The position numbers and the translations under genes were made by a program. Shown in pieces: positions 7,829-16,743 of a stretch of DNA of 64,000 nucleotides (position 1 is its first letter; each line of letters opens with the position of its first letter). Under the pieces are notes generated by a model. The model was not told where the DNA came from. It searched no databases and worked only from the letters and a program-made list of their open reading frames with translations. This DNA comes from Candidatus Saccharimonadales bacterium (GTDB lineage Bacteria; Patescibacteriota; Saccharimonadia; Saccharimonadales; DATKHC01), in contig DATKHC010000001.1 in the NCBI GenBank assembly GCA_035510465.1, positions 6,799-70,798 on the forward strand, in the 5' to 3' direction.

Positions 7829-7903
7829 TGGGGTGTCCAAAGGGAATCGAACCCTCGTCGCCGCGACCACAGTGCGGAGCTTTACCACTAAGCTATGGAC
7901 ACC
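7829..7903 (-). tRNA. tRNA-His (anticodon GTG)
   Basis: Encoded G-1 opposite C73, acceptor GTGTCCA/TGGACAC, anticodon loop CTGTGGT, T-arm GAGGG-TTCGATT-CCCTT, encoded CCA. Confidence 0.9.
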
Positions 7904-8036
7904 AAAAATATTTCCTATTCCGTGGCCATATTATCACATACAGGCAGCCCCTTAAGAAAGACTGATAACTCAAGTCCGGAATAAAAATAAATGCTTGCAA
8001 GTACAATTTTCTAGGTATATACATATCATTAAAGGT

Positions 8037-8774
8037 ATGGGAGAAAGATTAGCAAAACTCACTAGGCCAAATAGAAGGTCAATGGTACTTAAGTCTCTAG
8101 GGGCCTTAACAGCTGTTTCGCTAGTCGGCGGCTGCGGAAGTGATATCCCAAATTTGGCTGGCTCAGTAGAGATACCAGCTAAATTTGTACCAGTAAATTG
8201 CAATAACACTTTAGAGGAAGCAGAAATTAAAGACAAGGTCGGAAGCCCAATAACACCTCCTGAAGAAGCTATAGATAAAAAAGTTTGCGAGACTGTTAAT
8301 GCCATCGGCAAACAAACCGTCAATAATAATCTTGAAAACCCTAATTTGTACCCGAACAATTCTGATTTCGGCGGGGAGATTGATTTCTTCCTCCAGACCA
8401 ACACCGGACCATATTCGGAGGTAGCATATGCGACTAACTCAAGGGGTGAGCCGATTTACTCTAAGCCACTATATACAATGGTGGGCAATCAATCAAATGG
8501 TATGAAAGGAGACATTGTAATTGTTGAGTCTTCTCCCATTACTCAGCCATTTACTCTGAATGGTACGACTGTGAACGCAACAGGTGTTCAATGGGATGAA
8601 TCTACTCAGGGGCAAGGTAGTCCTACGCCTACTAACTTTGACTCTCTAACCTTCCCGGAGTTCACTGGTGATAATCTAAGTCCTTTACAAATAGAACAAT
8701 CGGATCTGCAGTTATTGCAAATGTACCATCAAGTCTATGTGGATGAGCTTTTAATGTTGCACAATAACCATTGA
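8037..8774 (+). CDS. putative lipoprotein, function unknown
   Basis: Signal peptide with a lipobox-like SLVGGC. The track ORF starts at TTG 7995; ATG 8037 or ATG 8085 is the more plausible start. Confidence 0.55.
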   Translation: MGERLAKLTRPNRRSMVLKSLGALTAVSLVGGCGSDIPNLAGSVEIPAKFVPVNCNNTLEEAEIKDKVGSPITPPEEAIDKKVCETVNAIGKQTVNNNLENPNLYPNNSDFGGEIDFFLQTNTGPYSEVAYATNSRGEPIYSKPLYTMVGNQSNGMKGDIVIVESSPITQPFTLNGTTVNATGVQWDESTQGQGSPTPTNFDSLTFPEFTGDNLSPLQIEQSDLQLLQMYHQVYVDELLMLHNNH

Positions 8775-8784
8775 GAGGCTTTGT

Positions 8785-9102
8785 TCACTGCCAAACTCTT
8801 GACTCATTTTTCGTTTCTTTGGCCTGGAAGGCTTTTTCTAGGTCAATATCGAGTCTGTTGCATAGATCAATAAGCAGCCAAAAAACATCCGCCGCTTCTT
8901 CACTTATTTCGTGTACTTTTGATGCATGGTCAACCTTCTGACCACCGGCCTTACGAATTGCTTTGGCTAGCTCACCTATTTCTTCAATGAGCAGCGTGAA
9001 GACCTCTGACACTGTCTCTTCCCCAAAACCTCGTTCAGTGACTAACTTGCTAATCAGTTTCTGGTATTTTGGCAGCGAGTAGCCTTTATTTGAGTTGCTC
9101 AT
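8785..9102 (-). CDS. MazG-like nucleotide pyrophosphohydrolase
   Basis: 105 aa with an EEIGELAKAIRK ... EEAADVFWLLIDLCNRL pattern typical of MazG/NTP-PPase. Confidence 0.75.
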   Translation of the reverse strand: MSNSNKGYSLPKYQKLISKLVTERGFGEETVSEVFTLLIEEIGELAKAIRKAGGQKVDHASKVHEISEEAADVFWLLIDLCNRLDIDLEKAFQAKETKNESRVWQ

Positions 9103-9284
9103 TTAACTTAAATAGTACAGCTAGAGAGATAAAAAGTTTAGTTTTGATTTAGCCACTTATGCTAAACTTTCTTTCAGGAGTTTTATAGTCTTGATAGGAC
9201 TAAAACGAAAAACACTAACTAGTAAAATAGAAATAGCGGTGGGGCAACCTACCGTTTTTAAATTGGGTAGATGGGAGCGGAAAA

Positions 9285-10334
9285 ATGGTTGGTCTAATTA
9301 GCCCTGAGATTAGAGATGTTGCAGTGCCAATTGCCGGAGAACCTAAGGGCAAAAATTTGTTATCAATGCATCAACTTAACGAAGATGATATTTATATATA
9401 TCTGGAAGAGGCACAAGCTGCTTCAAGACTAGTTGATGACCCATCACTAAGAGGTATCAGGCTCTTACCGCATGCTGTTATGAAGGCGGTCATGAGACAA
9501 CCGTCGACACGTACCGGGGGTAGTATGACCACCGCCATGTTCAAGCTTGGAGGCGCTGGAGAACTTATAAGTGGTATGAGCAGTTCATCTGAAGCAAAGG
9601 GTGAGTCTTTGGCAGATTCCTGGATAGCTTTTGCTACCCAAGCCGACATCCTTGGTATACGTACGGCTGAGGATAACGGACCCGCCTTTGCTGCTAGAGT
9701 TATCGCAGAGTCAGCAGCAGCAGGTAAGTTACCCAGAACCATTCCAGTAATCAACCTAGGAGATGGTAGAAACGAACACCCAACGCAGGCACTCGGCGAC
9801 GAATTTACTATCTTCAGAAAGTTTGGGAGATTTGAGGGACTAGTATTGGCAGTCGTCGGTGATCACGAAAGATACCGCGCTCACCATTCTCTAATGATTG
9901 GTGCTGCGATGCTGGGTATGACCGTAGTGGCGGTCGAGTCGAAGGCAGCAAAAGTTCCCCCAGATCTTGTGGCAGCTATGGGAAACAAGCTTAGCCGAAC
10001 TTACGACTTGGACGAGGCTATGCGATATACTGATGCGCTATACGTAGGCCGAAAACCCGACGAGTATGCTGGCCGCAAATGGCAGGAAAAGCGGCGAGAG
10101 CGCCGACTAGACAGAGACTATAGAAAGTGGGTAATCGACAATGACAGGCTTCAGCAGATGAGTCCCAATGCCTTAGTGCTTCATCCTAGACCACGAAGGG
10201 GTGAACTTCACCCTAGTGTTGACTCAGATCCAAGAATGGGTGATGTAATGCAGATGTATAACATGATAGCTATGCGTATGGCTATTATTGCTCTGCACCT
10301 CGGTGAGTCTATCTCAGAGTATGTAATGTGCTAG
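9285..10334 (+). CDS. pyrB: aspartate carbamoyltransferase-like protein
   Basis: Carbamoyl-phosphate motif STRTG, HPTQALGD, and HPRPR near the C-terminus. Confidence 0.7.
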   Translation: MVGLISPEIRDVAVPIAGEPKGKNLLSMHQLNEDDIYIYLEEAQAASRLVDDPSLRGIRLLPHAVMKAVMRQPSTRTGGSMTTAMFKLGGAGELISGMSSSSEAKGESLADSWIAFATQADILGIRTAEDNGPAFAARVIAESAAAGKLPRTIPVINLGDGRNEHPTQALGDEFTIFRKFGRFEGLVLAVVGDHERYRAHHSLMIGAAMLGMTVVAVESKAAKVPPDLVAAMGNKLSRTYDLDEAMRYTDALYVGRKPDEYAGRKWQEKRRERRLDRDYRKWVIDNDRLQQMSPNALVLHPRPRRGELHPSVDSDPRMGDVMQMYNMIAMRMAIIALHLGESISEYVMC

Positions 10335-10416
10335 TTACTATAAGACCAAATCGATTATAAAAACCCACTCACTGGTGACGTTAATCTAAACATAACGCTA
10401 AAAGCCGAGTAGTTAA

Positions 10417-10884
10417 TTAAATATTGCCAGGGTCTATAGGTTGACGAGTGGCGCTGCTCACGTCGTTCCAAAACTTGTCCGTGGAGACATACGATTTGTT
10501 ATCTATAGTCACTCCTCGGCAACCAGTTGTCGAAGCTGTAGCAGTAAGAGATGGATTCGTGAAAGTGAATGTGTATTCAACGCCGTCGTCCATAGGGCAA
10601 TTATAAATACCAGACGGTGTAGATTTTAATGAGTCTATGTCATTTAAAATAGTAAGCGCAGAGGAACCGCTAACTTTCTTTGTAAAATTACTTACGCCTG
10701 GCTGGTTAAGTGTGTTCTCTCTTTCAATTGTTAGGCCAATTCCGGAAGAATTTTGGGATAGACTGCTGCTATTGTGGTAGTGCTTATATATAAGCCCACC
10801 AACTACTCCAAGCAAAACTATCACAAATACAGTTATTAAAACTTCAACAAGCCCAAAGCCTTGGTTATTTATTTTTTTAATCAT
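10417..10884 (-). CDS. type IV pilin-like protein
   Basis: N-terminal prepilin-type motif QGFGLVEVLITVFVIVLLG. Confidence 0.65.
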   Translation of the reverse strand: MIKKINNQGFGLVEVLITVFVIVLLGVVGGLIYKHYHNSSSLSQNSSGIGLTIERENTLNQPGVSNFTKKVSGSSALTILNDIDSLKSTPSGIYNCPMDDGVEYTFTFTNPSLTATASTTGCRGVTIDNKSYVSTDKFWNDVSSATRQPIDPGNI

Positions 10885-10907
10885 GGCTTGATTATACCTC
10901 TTGTACT

Positions 10908-10984
10908 TGGTACCCCGGGAGGGATTCGAACCCCCGACCTTGAGCTTAGAAGTCTCCTGCTCTATCCAACTGAGCTACCGGGGC
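10908..10984 (-). tRNA. tRNA-Arg (anticodon TCT)
   Basis: Acceptor GCCCCGG/CCGGGGT, D-arm GCTC..GAGC, anticodon loop CTTCTAA, T-arm GGGGG-TTCGAAT-CCCTC, CCA. The anticodon stem has only 3 Watson-Crick pairs. Confidence 0.85.
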
Positions 10985-10992
10985 AAATTAAG

Positions 10993-11067
10993 TGGTGCGG
11001 GATACCGGAATCGAACCGGTCTCTCCAACTTGGAAGGTTGGCATACGAACCACTATACGAATCCCGC
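10993..11067 (-). tRNA. tRNA-Gly (anticodon TCC)
   Basis: Acceptor GCGGGAT/ATCCCGC, anticodon arm CCAAC-CTTCCAA-GTTGG, T-arm ACCGG-TTCGATT-CCGGT, CCA. Confidence 0.85.
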
Positions 11068-11153
11068 ATCGAACATTAACTTACTTTGTGAAACGCTCGA
11101 GCGTATTATATCAAAACCTCTGTTATAATTGAGTAAACTTAAGAAAAACTCAT

Positions 11154-13013
11154 TTGAAAAACGTTTTAAAGACCGTTATTAAATTTCTAAAAGGCTATAA
11201 ATTACTTAGTTTTGTTTTGGTGTGCCTGATAGCAGGGATTGTTTTATATTCCCTCGGTTATCACGTTTTAGCCAATTGGATATTAGGCATAGCCTCTTCG
11301 ATTGCCGTAATCCCTCTAATTATTGATATGACCCAGACGATTAGAGGCGGTTCGTACGGTATCGATATCCTAGCAGCCACTGCAATTATCGCTTCTGTAA
11401 TTTTAAGACAAGACTGGGCTGCGATCATTATCGCCTTGATGCTTACTGGGGGAGAAGCGCTTGAGGACTTTGCCGAGAATCGAGCTAAGACAGAACTCAA
11501 AGCACTACTGGACAATAAACCAAAAGTTGCTCACCTGTTAAAGGGTGATAAAACCATCGATATCAAAGTCAGTGAGATTAAAATCGGCAACAAGCTTCAA
11601 ATCCTACCTGGGGAGGTTGTGCCTGTAGACTGCGTAATTATTTCCGGGGAATCAACTTTCGATGAATCTAGTTTAACCGGGGAAAGTGTACCTGTAGATA
11701 AAGACCCAGAGGATCAGATACTTAGTGGTTCTGTGAATATTTCCGGGTCTATCACCGTCAGAGCCATTAGAACTGCAGAAGATAGTCAATATGAACAAAT
11801 TCTAACTTTAGTTAGGGCTGCCTCTTCAAGTCAATCACCCTTCGTCCGACTAGCTGATCGATATAGTATTCCATTTACTGCGCTTGCCTACTTTCTGGCC
11901 ATTTCAGCTTGGTTTATATCAGGTCACCCAATTAGATTCCTAGAAGTTATCGTAGTTGCAACACCGTGTCCTCTACTTCTTGCTGCACCAATCGCGCTTA
12001 TATCGGGTATGAGTCGAGCGGCTAAAGCCGGCATTATTATAAAGAATGGTTCAGCGCTAGAAAAACTAGCCGAAATAAAATCCATCGCTTTTGATAAAAC
12101 TGGCACTCTAACTAGCGGAGAGGCAGTAGTTAGCAGTGTCCAGGTATTTAAACCATTTACAAAAACTGATGTTTTGCACTTTGCATCGGCGCTTGAACTG
12201 AATTCAAATCATGTGCTCGCCAAGGCAGTCGTAAACGAGGCTGAGGAGAATAAACTAAAACCCCGACCAGCTAAGAATGTAAAGGAAATCGCTGGACATG
12301 GTTTATCTGGAAAGGTTGCTGGGAAAGACATAGTGATAGGGCGGCTCAGCTTGATGGAAAGTTCAGGCATAGAAATGAGCAAGGAGTTCAAGCCAAAGAG
12401 TATTGAAGCGACCTCTACATTTGTGGCAGTGAATGGGAAACTTGCAGGTGTGATAAGTTTTTCGGATAAGCTACGGCCCGAGACTAAAGGTATGATCAGC
12501 CACCTAAGGAAAGCAGGGATTAAACACTTCCTGATGGTTACAGGAGACAATGAAGAGGCAGCGAAGTCTGTAGCCCAAGAACTCGGTATTGATAATTTTA
12601 TGGCAAATGCTCTCCCAGCGGATAAAATGCATTTTATCGAGAATGCTTCTGATCGCCCGGTAGCCTTTGTTGGTGATGGCGTTAACGATGCTCCTGTTCT
12701 GACACTTTCTGATGTTGGAATTGCCCTAGGAGCACGCGGATCAACTGCCGCGAGCGAGTCTGCCGACGTAGTCATAATGCTAGACGACGTTAGTAAAGTC
12801 TCGATTGCTTACGATATAGCTAAGCGTACTTTTTTCATCGCTAAACAGAGTATCCTTGTTGGTATTTTTATTAGCTTTGGCTTGATGATTATATTTGCAG
12901 GAGGACATTTTAAACCAATTGTTGGTGCCATCTTACAAGAAGTGGTTGATATTATCGTGATTTTCAACGCCCTAAGAGCACATATCGATAAAAAGAAACC
13001 TGCCACACTTTAA
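11154..13013 (+). CDS. P1B-type (heavy-metal) P-type ATPase without an N-terminal metal-binding domain
   Basis: TGES, DKTGTLT and GDGVNDAP motifs. The transmembrane motif is TPCP. TTG start. Confidence 0.85.
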   Translation: MKNVLKTVIKFLKGYKLLSFVLVCLIAGIVLYSLGYHVLANWILGIASSIAVIPLIIDMTQTIRGGSYGIDILAATAIIASVILRQDWAAIIIALMLTGGEALEDFAENRAKTELKALLDNKPKVAHLLKGDKTIDIKVSEIKIGNKLQILPGEVVPVDCVIISGESTFDESSLTGESVPVDKDPEDQILSGSVNISGSITVRAIRTAEDSQYEQILTLVRAASSSQSPFVRLADRYSIPFTALAYFLAISAWFISGHPIRFLEVIVVATPCPLLLAAPIALISGMSRAAKAGIIIKNGSALEKLAEIKSIAFDKTGTLTSGEAVVSSVQVFKPFTKTDVLHFASALELNSNHVLAKAVVNEAEENKLKPRPAKNVKEIAGHGLSGKVAGKDIVIGRLSLMESSGIEMSKEFKPKSIEATSTFVAVNGKLAGVISFSDKLRPETKGMISHLRKAGIKHFLMVTGDNEEAAKSVAQELGIDNFMANALPADKMHFIENASDRPVAFVGDGVNDAPVLTLSDVGIALGARGSTAASESADVVIMLDDVSKVSIAYDIAKRTFFIAKQSILVGIFISFGLMIIFAGGHFKPIVGAILQEVVDIIVIFNALRAHIDKKKPATL

Positions 13014-13027
13014 GCTCAATGTTCTAA

Positions 13028-13687
13028 TCAAAGAGACTTAAGTACCAGAGTGACTACTAAAGGCACGAGCAAATCGTCCGTACCAAGGGCTGCTATGTTC
13101 TCAGTTAGTGCTACAAGCACAGCCAGCATAAAGACGCCAAACCAACTAAGTAAAACCAGTTGAGGCCCGTCCACAAATTTGGCCACAGATAAAATAAGAA
13201 TCGAGGCAAGAAACGCTGATGTGGTGCCTGTCACTGACTTGGTTTGTCCAAAGACCTTATATTTATTTGAGTCACCAAATTTTCTGCCTATAAGAGCTGG
13301 GAAACCATCTGCTAAACCAAGGTTTAACATAGCAAGCGTAAAAATTAGATGCTCCGGTTTAATTAACGCCAGCACCAGTATACTGATCGGGAAAAGATAG
13401 GCTCCAAAGCTTTGTCGGCTAACTTCGTGGATGCTACCAAGTATCGCTAAACGGCTAGATAAAATAGTAATTATCAGCAGTAGAATTGCTATAAAGCCAA
13501 TCGTTTGATAACTCAGATAAAGTGGCCAAAATGCTACGAAACAAGCAATACATATGTGTACTGATTTTCGAGATATTTCATTGGGTATTCGCCACACTCG
13601 CCAGGCTATTTCGGCTAGGACAACTATTACTAAACCAACTAATCCTGTTGCGAATAATTTCAGCATATTTTCTACATTGTAACCCAA
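13028..13687 (-). CDS. polytopic membrane protein, dolichol/phytol kinase-like (CdsA superfamily)
   Basis: All-TM 219-aa protein with an SRKSVH motif. The family assignment is tentative. Confidence 0.45.
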   Translation of the reverse strand: MGYNVENMLKLFATGLVGLVIVVLAEIAWRVWRIPNEISRKSVHICIACFVAFWPLYLSYQTIGFIAILLLIITILSSRLAILGSIHEVSRQSFGAYLFPISILVLALIKPEHLIFTLAMLNLGLADGFPALIGRKFGDSNKYKVFGQTKSVTGTTSAFLASILILSVAKFVDGPQLVLLSWFGVFMLAVLVALTENIAALGTDDLLVPLVVTLVLKSL

Positions 13688-13738
13688 ATTCTACATATGA
13701 TGTCTTATAGCATAAACGTATATACTTACTTATGTTTG

Positions 13739-13815
13739 TGGTCGGGGTGGCCGGATTTGGACCGGCGACCTCAGCGTCCCGAACGCTGCGCGCTACCAAG
13801 CTGCGCCACACCCCG
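13739..13815 (-). tRNA. tRNA-Pro (anticodon CGG)
   Basis: Acceptor CGGGGTG/CACCCCG, anticodon arm CAGCG-TTCGGGA-CGCTG, CCA. Confidence 0.9.
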
Positions 13816-13860
13816 TACTTAGGTTGATAAGTAATTATATTCTCAGTTTAGGAGACAATC

Positions 13861-13882
13861 AAAAAAGCCATGGTCGCATGGC
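13861..13882 (-). terminator. rho-independent terminator (usable in both directions)
   Basis: GCCATG-GTCG-CATGGC hairpin flanked by an A-run on one side and a T-run on the other. Confidence 0.55.
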
Positions 13883-13985
13883 TTGGTTTTCGTCTTTTTT
13901 GGATCTAATTTTAAGTTATAAGATTTAACTTGAAGTTAAAACCGAAAAGATTAAGCGTTTCTTAGACTGATATTTATTTAACTAA

Positions 13986-14070
13986 CGAAAAAGTACGACA
14001 AGCAGACAGGGAGAAGAAAGGACAGTGTTGCCCAAAAAATTGTCCTTGCTATCTCCCCGCCTGTTTGTCG
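13986..14070 (-). terminator. very long imperfect hairpin plus U-tract at the 3' end of the islet-2 ORF
   Basis: CGACAAACAGGCGGGGAGAUAGCAAGGACA pairs with UGUCCUUUCUUCUCCCUGUCUGCUUGUCG. The G-U pairs are valid only on the minus strand. It is followed by UACUUUUUCG. Confidence 0.5.
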
Positions 14071-14088
14071 AGTCATCTCGATCTGAGG

Positions 14089-14364
14089 TTAATTGCTAAT
14101 GAAAGCAAGTCTCGGATCGACAATGATGTCGCCACGCGGTGTTCTTATAAACTTTGGGTCTTCTTGTTGGGTCGGCACAAATGGTACTGATTGCAAGATT
14201 GTGACTGTGTCACAGTGTTTGCAACGACCTACTAGCCGACACTCCATTTCCCCACCAAGGTGAGGTACGTCGTAACCAGGACAGTTGTGCTCGTCCTCTT
14301 CTGTGCAGAAAAGAACGACGTGATCAACCGAATGTACTACCTTGCAACCGAAGCAATCGGGCAT
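14089..14364 (-). CDS. orphan Cys-rich small protein (91 aa) in islet 2
   Basis: Eight Cys including CFGC and CKHC pairs, which looks like a zinc ribbon. AAAGGA lies upstream of the ATG. No family recognised. Confidence 0.45.
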   Translation of the reverse strand: MPDCFGCKVVHSVDHVVLFCTEEDEHNCPGYDVPHLGGEMECRLVGRCKHCDTVTILQSVPFVPTQQEDPKFIRTPRGDIIVDPRLAFISN

Positions 14365-14508
14365 TGGACTTTTACATCCTTTCTTGGCTATATCCCCAGA
14401 AGTTTTATATAGATAACAAGGAAAAGAACTAGGAATGTTCCTCTAGCTTTTCCCAAAATCTGCTTGTCAATGTTCATCGGAGCAAAGAAGCTCTACAACG
14501 AAGCTAAT

Positions 14509-14537
14509 ATGATAACACGATCTGTAATAAATGTCAA
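14509..14537 (-). promoter_or_regulatory. putative promoter for the islet-2 transcript
   Basis: Minus strand reads TTGACA, 17 nt, TATCAT, downstream of tRNA-Pro(TGG). Confidence 0.4.
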
Positions 14538-14605
14538 ACGCTAAAGCTTATGTGTGGTTTGTTTCTGAGGTAAAATATTGGTCGCTTTAACAGAGATAAA
14601 GAAAC

Positions 14606-14682
14606 TGGTCGGGGTGAGAGGACTTGAACCTCCGACCTCCGCGTCCCAAACGCGGCGCGCTAGCCAACTGCGCCACACCCCG
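14606..14682 (-). tRNA. tRNA-Pro (anticodon TGG)
   Basis: Acceptor CGGGGTG/CACCCCG, anticodon arm CCGCG-TTTGGGA-CGCGG, CCA. Confidence 0.9.
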
Positions 14683-14835
14683 TTATTTCTCATAAAATAT
14701 AGACTTATCTACCAGACACGCGAATAAAGATGTAAGCTAGATAGGGATATATTGCCGCTAGATTATAGCTTAGCAATCTATAAAAAACTAGTCCTAGCTA
14801 TAGCATTATTATCTTAAATATGATATAACTCGGTT

Positions 14836-14994
14836 ATGAAATACGCTTCAACGTTTTTTACAATCTTACTGGTTTGGGTAGCTATCATCCTGATGACCCT
14901 AACTATATCAAACTCAACCCAAGTTTTTGAATTATATTTGGCAGCTATGCTATCAAGTGTACTTTTGTTTTTGATTGGCTTCGGCAGAACTTAA
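14836..14994 (+). CDS. small two-TM membrane protein (52 aa, below the ORF-track cutoff)
   Basis: Translated by hand: MKYASTFFTILLVWVAIILMTLTISNSTQVFELYLAAMLSSVLLFLIGFGRT. It ends 8 nt before the ABC1 kinase gene. Confidence 0.4.
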   Translation: MKYASTFFTILLVWVAIILMTLTISNSTQVFELYLAAMLSSVLLFLIGFGRT

Positions 14995-15002
14995 CAAATT
15001 AA

Positions 15003-16562
15003 ATGAAACCACAAACTATCGCCTCAATAAAAAGGCATCGTACCGCTAAGATGGCAAAAGTCGCCACCCGAGCTCTATACCTTCAAAGACGTGGTAGAAG
15101 TGCTGAGATGGCTGCTTTTATTGCGAACGAAATGGTCGCTCTTGGTGGTGTATACGTAAAGTTCCTACAAGGCGTGCTGCTACAGAGTGAGTTCTTTAAA
15201 CAGTGGGACAACCCTAATCGCTATAACATCTTCGAGAACCTAGATACTGAGATGATAGATCTACCAACTCTACTACAAAAAGAGTTACCGAAATCTAAGC
15301 TGGCTCAAATTGCCCAAGTTCAACCGCAACCTTTTGCGGCTGGTAGTTTTGGACAAGTCTATTTTGGCGCTTTAAGAGACGGATCACCGATAATCATTAA
15401 GGCTCTGCGCCCCCTTGTTAGAGAAACACTTCAATACGATTTGAAATTAATAAACGTTTTTGCAAAAAAATTCTTCATTAAGTTGTTTGAGAGCAATGTA
15501 GACATTAACGCCTCTAATGCTTTGGACGAATTTAAACATTCAACTCTCAATGAGACGGATTATGTATCAGAAGCTAACTTTGCTGCCGAATATCACGAAG
15601 CCTATAAATCTCACCCAACACTGTTTATACCCAAAACTTATTTAGAACTTTGTACACCAAATATTATTGTCCAGGAATATGTCGGGGGTATCTCTGCTGC
15701 TCAACTTATAAAGTTAAAAGAGCAAGGAATTGAGCCACTAAACTACGTTTGGGAACACCTGGGTTCAAACTTGGATGAACAGTTAACAAGCTTAGGGATA
15801 GAATTCATTAAGGGGATTTTTACATTACCGAGAATTCAAGGCGACCCACACCCTGGAAACATAAAGCTGCTTGAGAATAACCGTGTTGGCATAGTCGACT
15901 TTGGTATTATTGCTCCAGCTCCGCAAGATAGCCCAGCATTTTTTGCTTTAATGGAAGAATACGCCAAATTATATGAAGGTAATTTGGATATCGAAGAACT
16001 GTTCGGGAAGTTCCTTCGTTTTTTTGCCAGCGATCTCTATAGAGCATTCCGAAGATTGCACGACATGTCAAGTCACTCGTCTGAAGACTTAACTAAGACT
16101 ATCGGGAAGATTGCCAAAAAAGCGTTCGCTGGTCATATGAATCATACGAATGCTGATAAATTGATGCATGACGATAGTATATTGAGTATAATTAACCAGG
16201 TAGTTAACCGCCAAAACCGTTTCGGAATAGTCTTAACCGTCCACTCCTCAGAAATATTAAGAGCTGCACAAACCTACATTACCTTGGTAGAGACATTGGA
16301 CCGTGGTCCTAAAGTTTTGCCAGTTGTGTTTAGGCGAGGAGTTGATGAAGTCAAAACACTTAAGCCTGAGCTTAGTGTAGAAAAACCAGTGCATATGAGC
16401 GTCACAAAAGCAGTTGATACAGTTACGCGTTGGCTAGGTAGAGTGGCCGAGCGAGACCCCCAACTATTCCAGAAATTCATGAAGCAAATTCGAGGTGGTT
16501 CAGCAGAACCCGTAGAGGAAGCAGTAGAAAAAGTAAAGGATAAGGAGACCTTAAATGTTTAA
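15003..16562 (+). CDS. ABC1/UbiB-family atypical protein kinase
   Basis: GGVYVKFLQ, AAGSFGQVY, IIIKALRP, DPHPGNI and VDFG motifs. Confidence 0.8.
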   Translation: MKPQTIASIKRHRTAKMAKVATRALYLQRRGRSAEMAAFIANEMVALGGVYVKFLQGVLLQSEFFKQWDNPNRYNIFENLDTEMIDLPTLLQKELPKSKLAQIAQVQPQPFAAGSFGQVYFGALRDGSPIIIKALRPLVRETLQYDLKLINVFAKKFFIKLFESNVDINASNALDEFKHSTLNETDYVSEANFAAEYHEAYKSHPTLFIPKTYLELCTPNIIVQEYVGGISAAQLIKLKEQGIEPLNYVWEHLGSNLDEQLTSLGIEFIKGIFTLPRIQGDPHPGNIKLLENNRVGIVDFGIIAPAPQDSPAFFALMEEYAKLYEGNLDIEELFGKFLRFFASDLYRAFRRLHDMSSHSSEDLTKTIGKIAKKAFAGHMNHTNADKLMHDDSILSIINQVVNRQNRFGIVLTVHSSEILRAAQTYITLVETLDRGPKVLPVVFRRGVDEVKTLKPELSVEKPVHMSVTKAVDTVTRWLGRVAERDPQLFQKFMKQIRGGSAEPVEEAVEKVKDKETLNV

Positions 16563-16743
16563 AGATTTCATTTTATTCATAAAGTACCCCTACACAGCCG
16601 GAGTTATTGTAACCATTTGGCTGGGTAGTGCTTGTCTTATGGCTATCAATCGAGGCTTACCGGTAATAAAAATGGTTATTATCGATATGTTTGCGACGAT
16701 CTTTATTGCCCTAGTTGGCTTTAGTGGTCGAAAAGAACCTTAA
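16555..16743 (+). CDS. small two-TM membrane protein
   Basis: Overlaps the kinase stop (ATGTTTAA). The C-terminus LVGFSGRKEP resembles that of the 52-aa upstream peptide. Confidence 0.45.
   Translation: MFKDFILFIKYPYTAGVIVTIWLGSACLMAINRGLPVIKMVIIDMFATIFIALVGFSGRKEP

Noticed and set aside
6950-7830. RNase P RNA, tmRNA, SRP RNA or an rRNA fragment as the explanation for the GC-rich islets
   Set aside because: No GAGGAAAGUCC-type RNase P core is present. There is no tmRNA tRNA-like domain with a tag reading frame, and no rRNA-like conserved blocks on either strand.
10861-11128. Two plus-strand ORFs (72 and 75 aa) across the tRNA-Arg/tRNA-Gly pair
   Set aside because: They are antisense to two well-formed tRNA genes.
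13578-13811. 77-aa minus-strand ORF overlapping tRNA-Pro(CGG)
   Set aside because: Its 5' part is the tRNA gene itself and the rest overlaps the membrane-protein gene start region.
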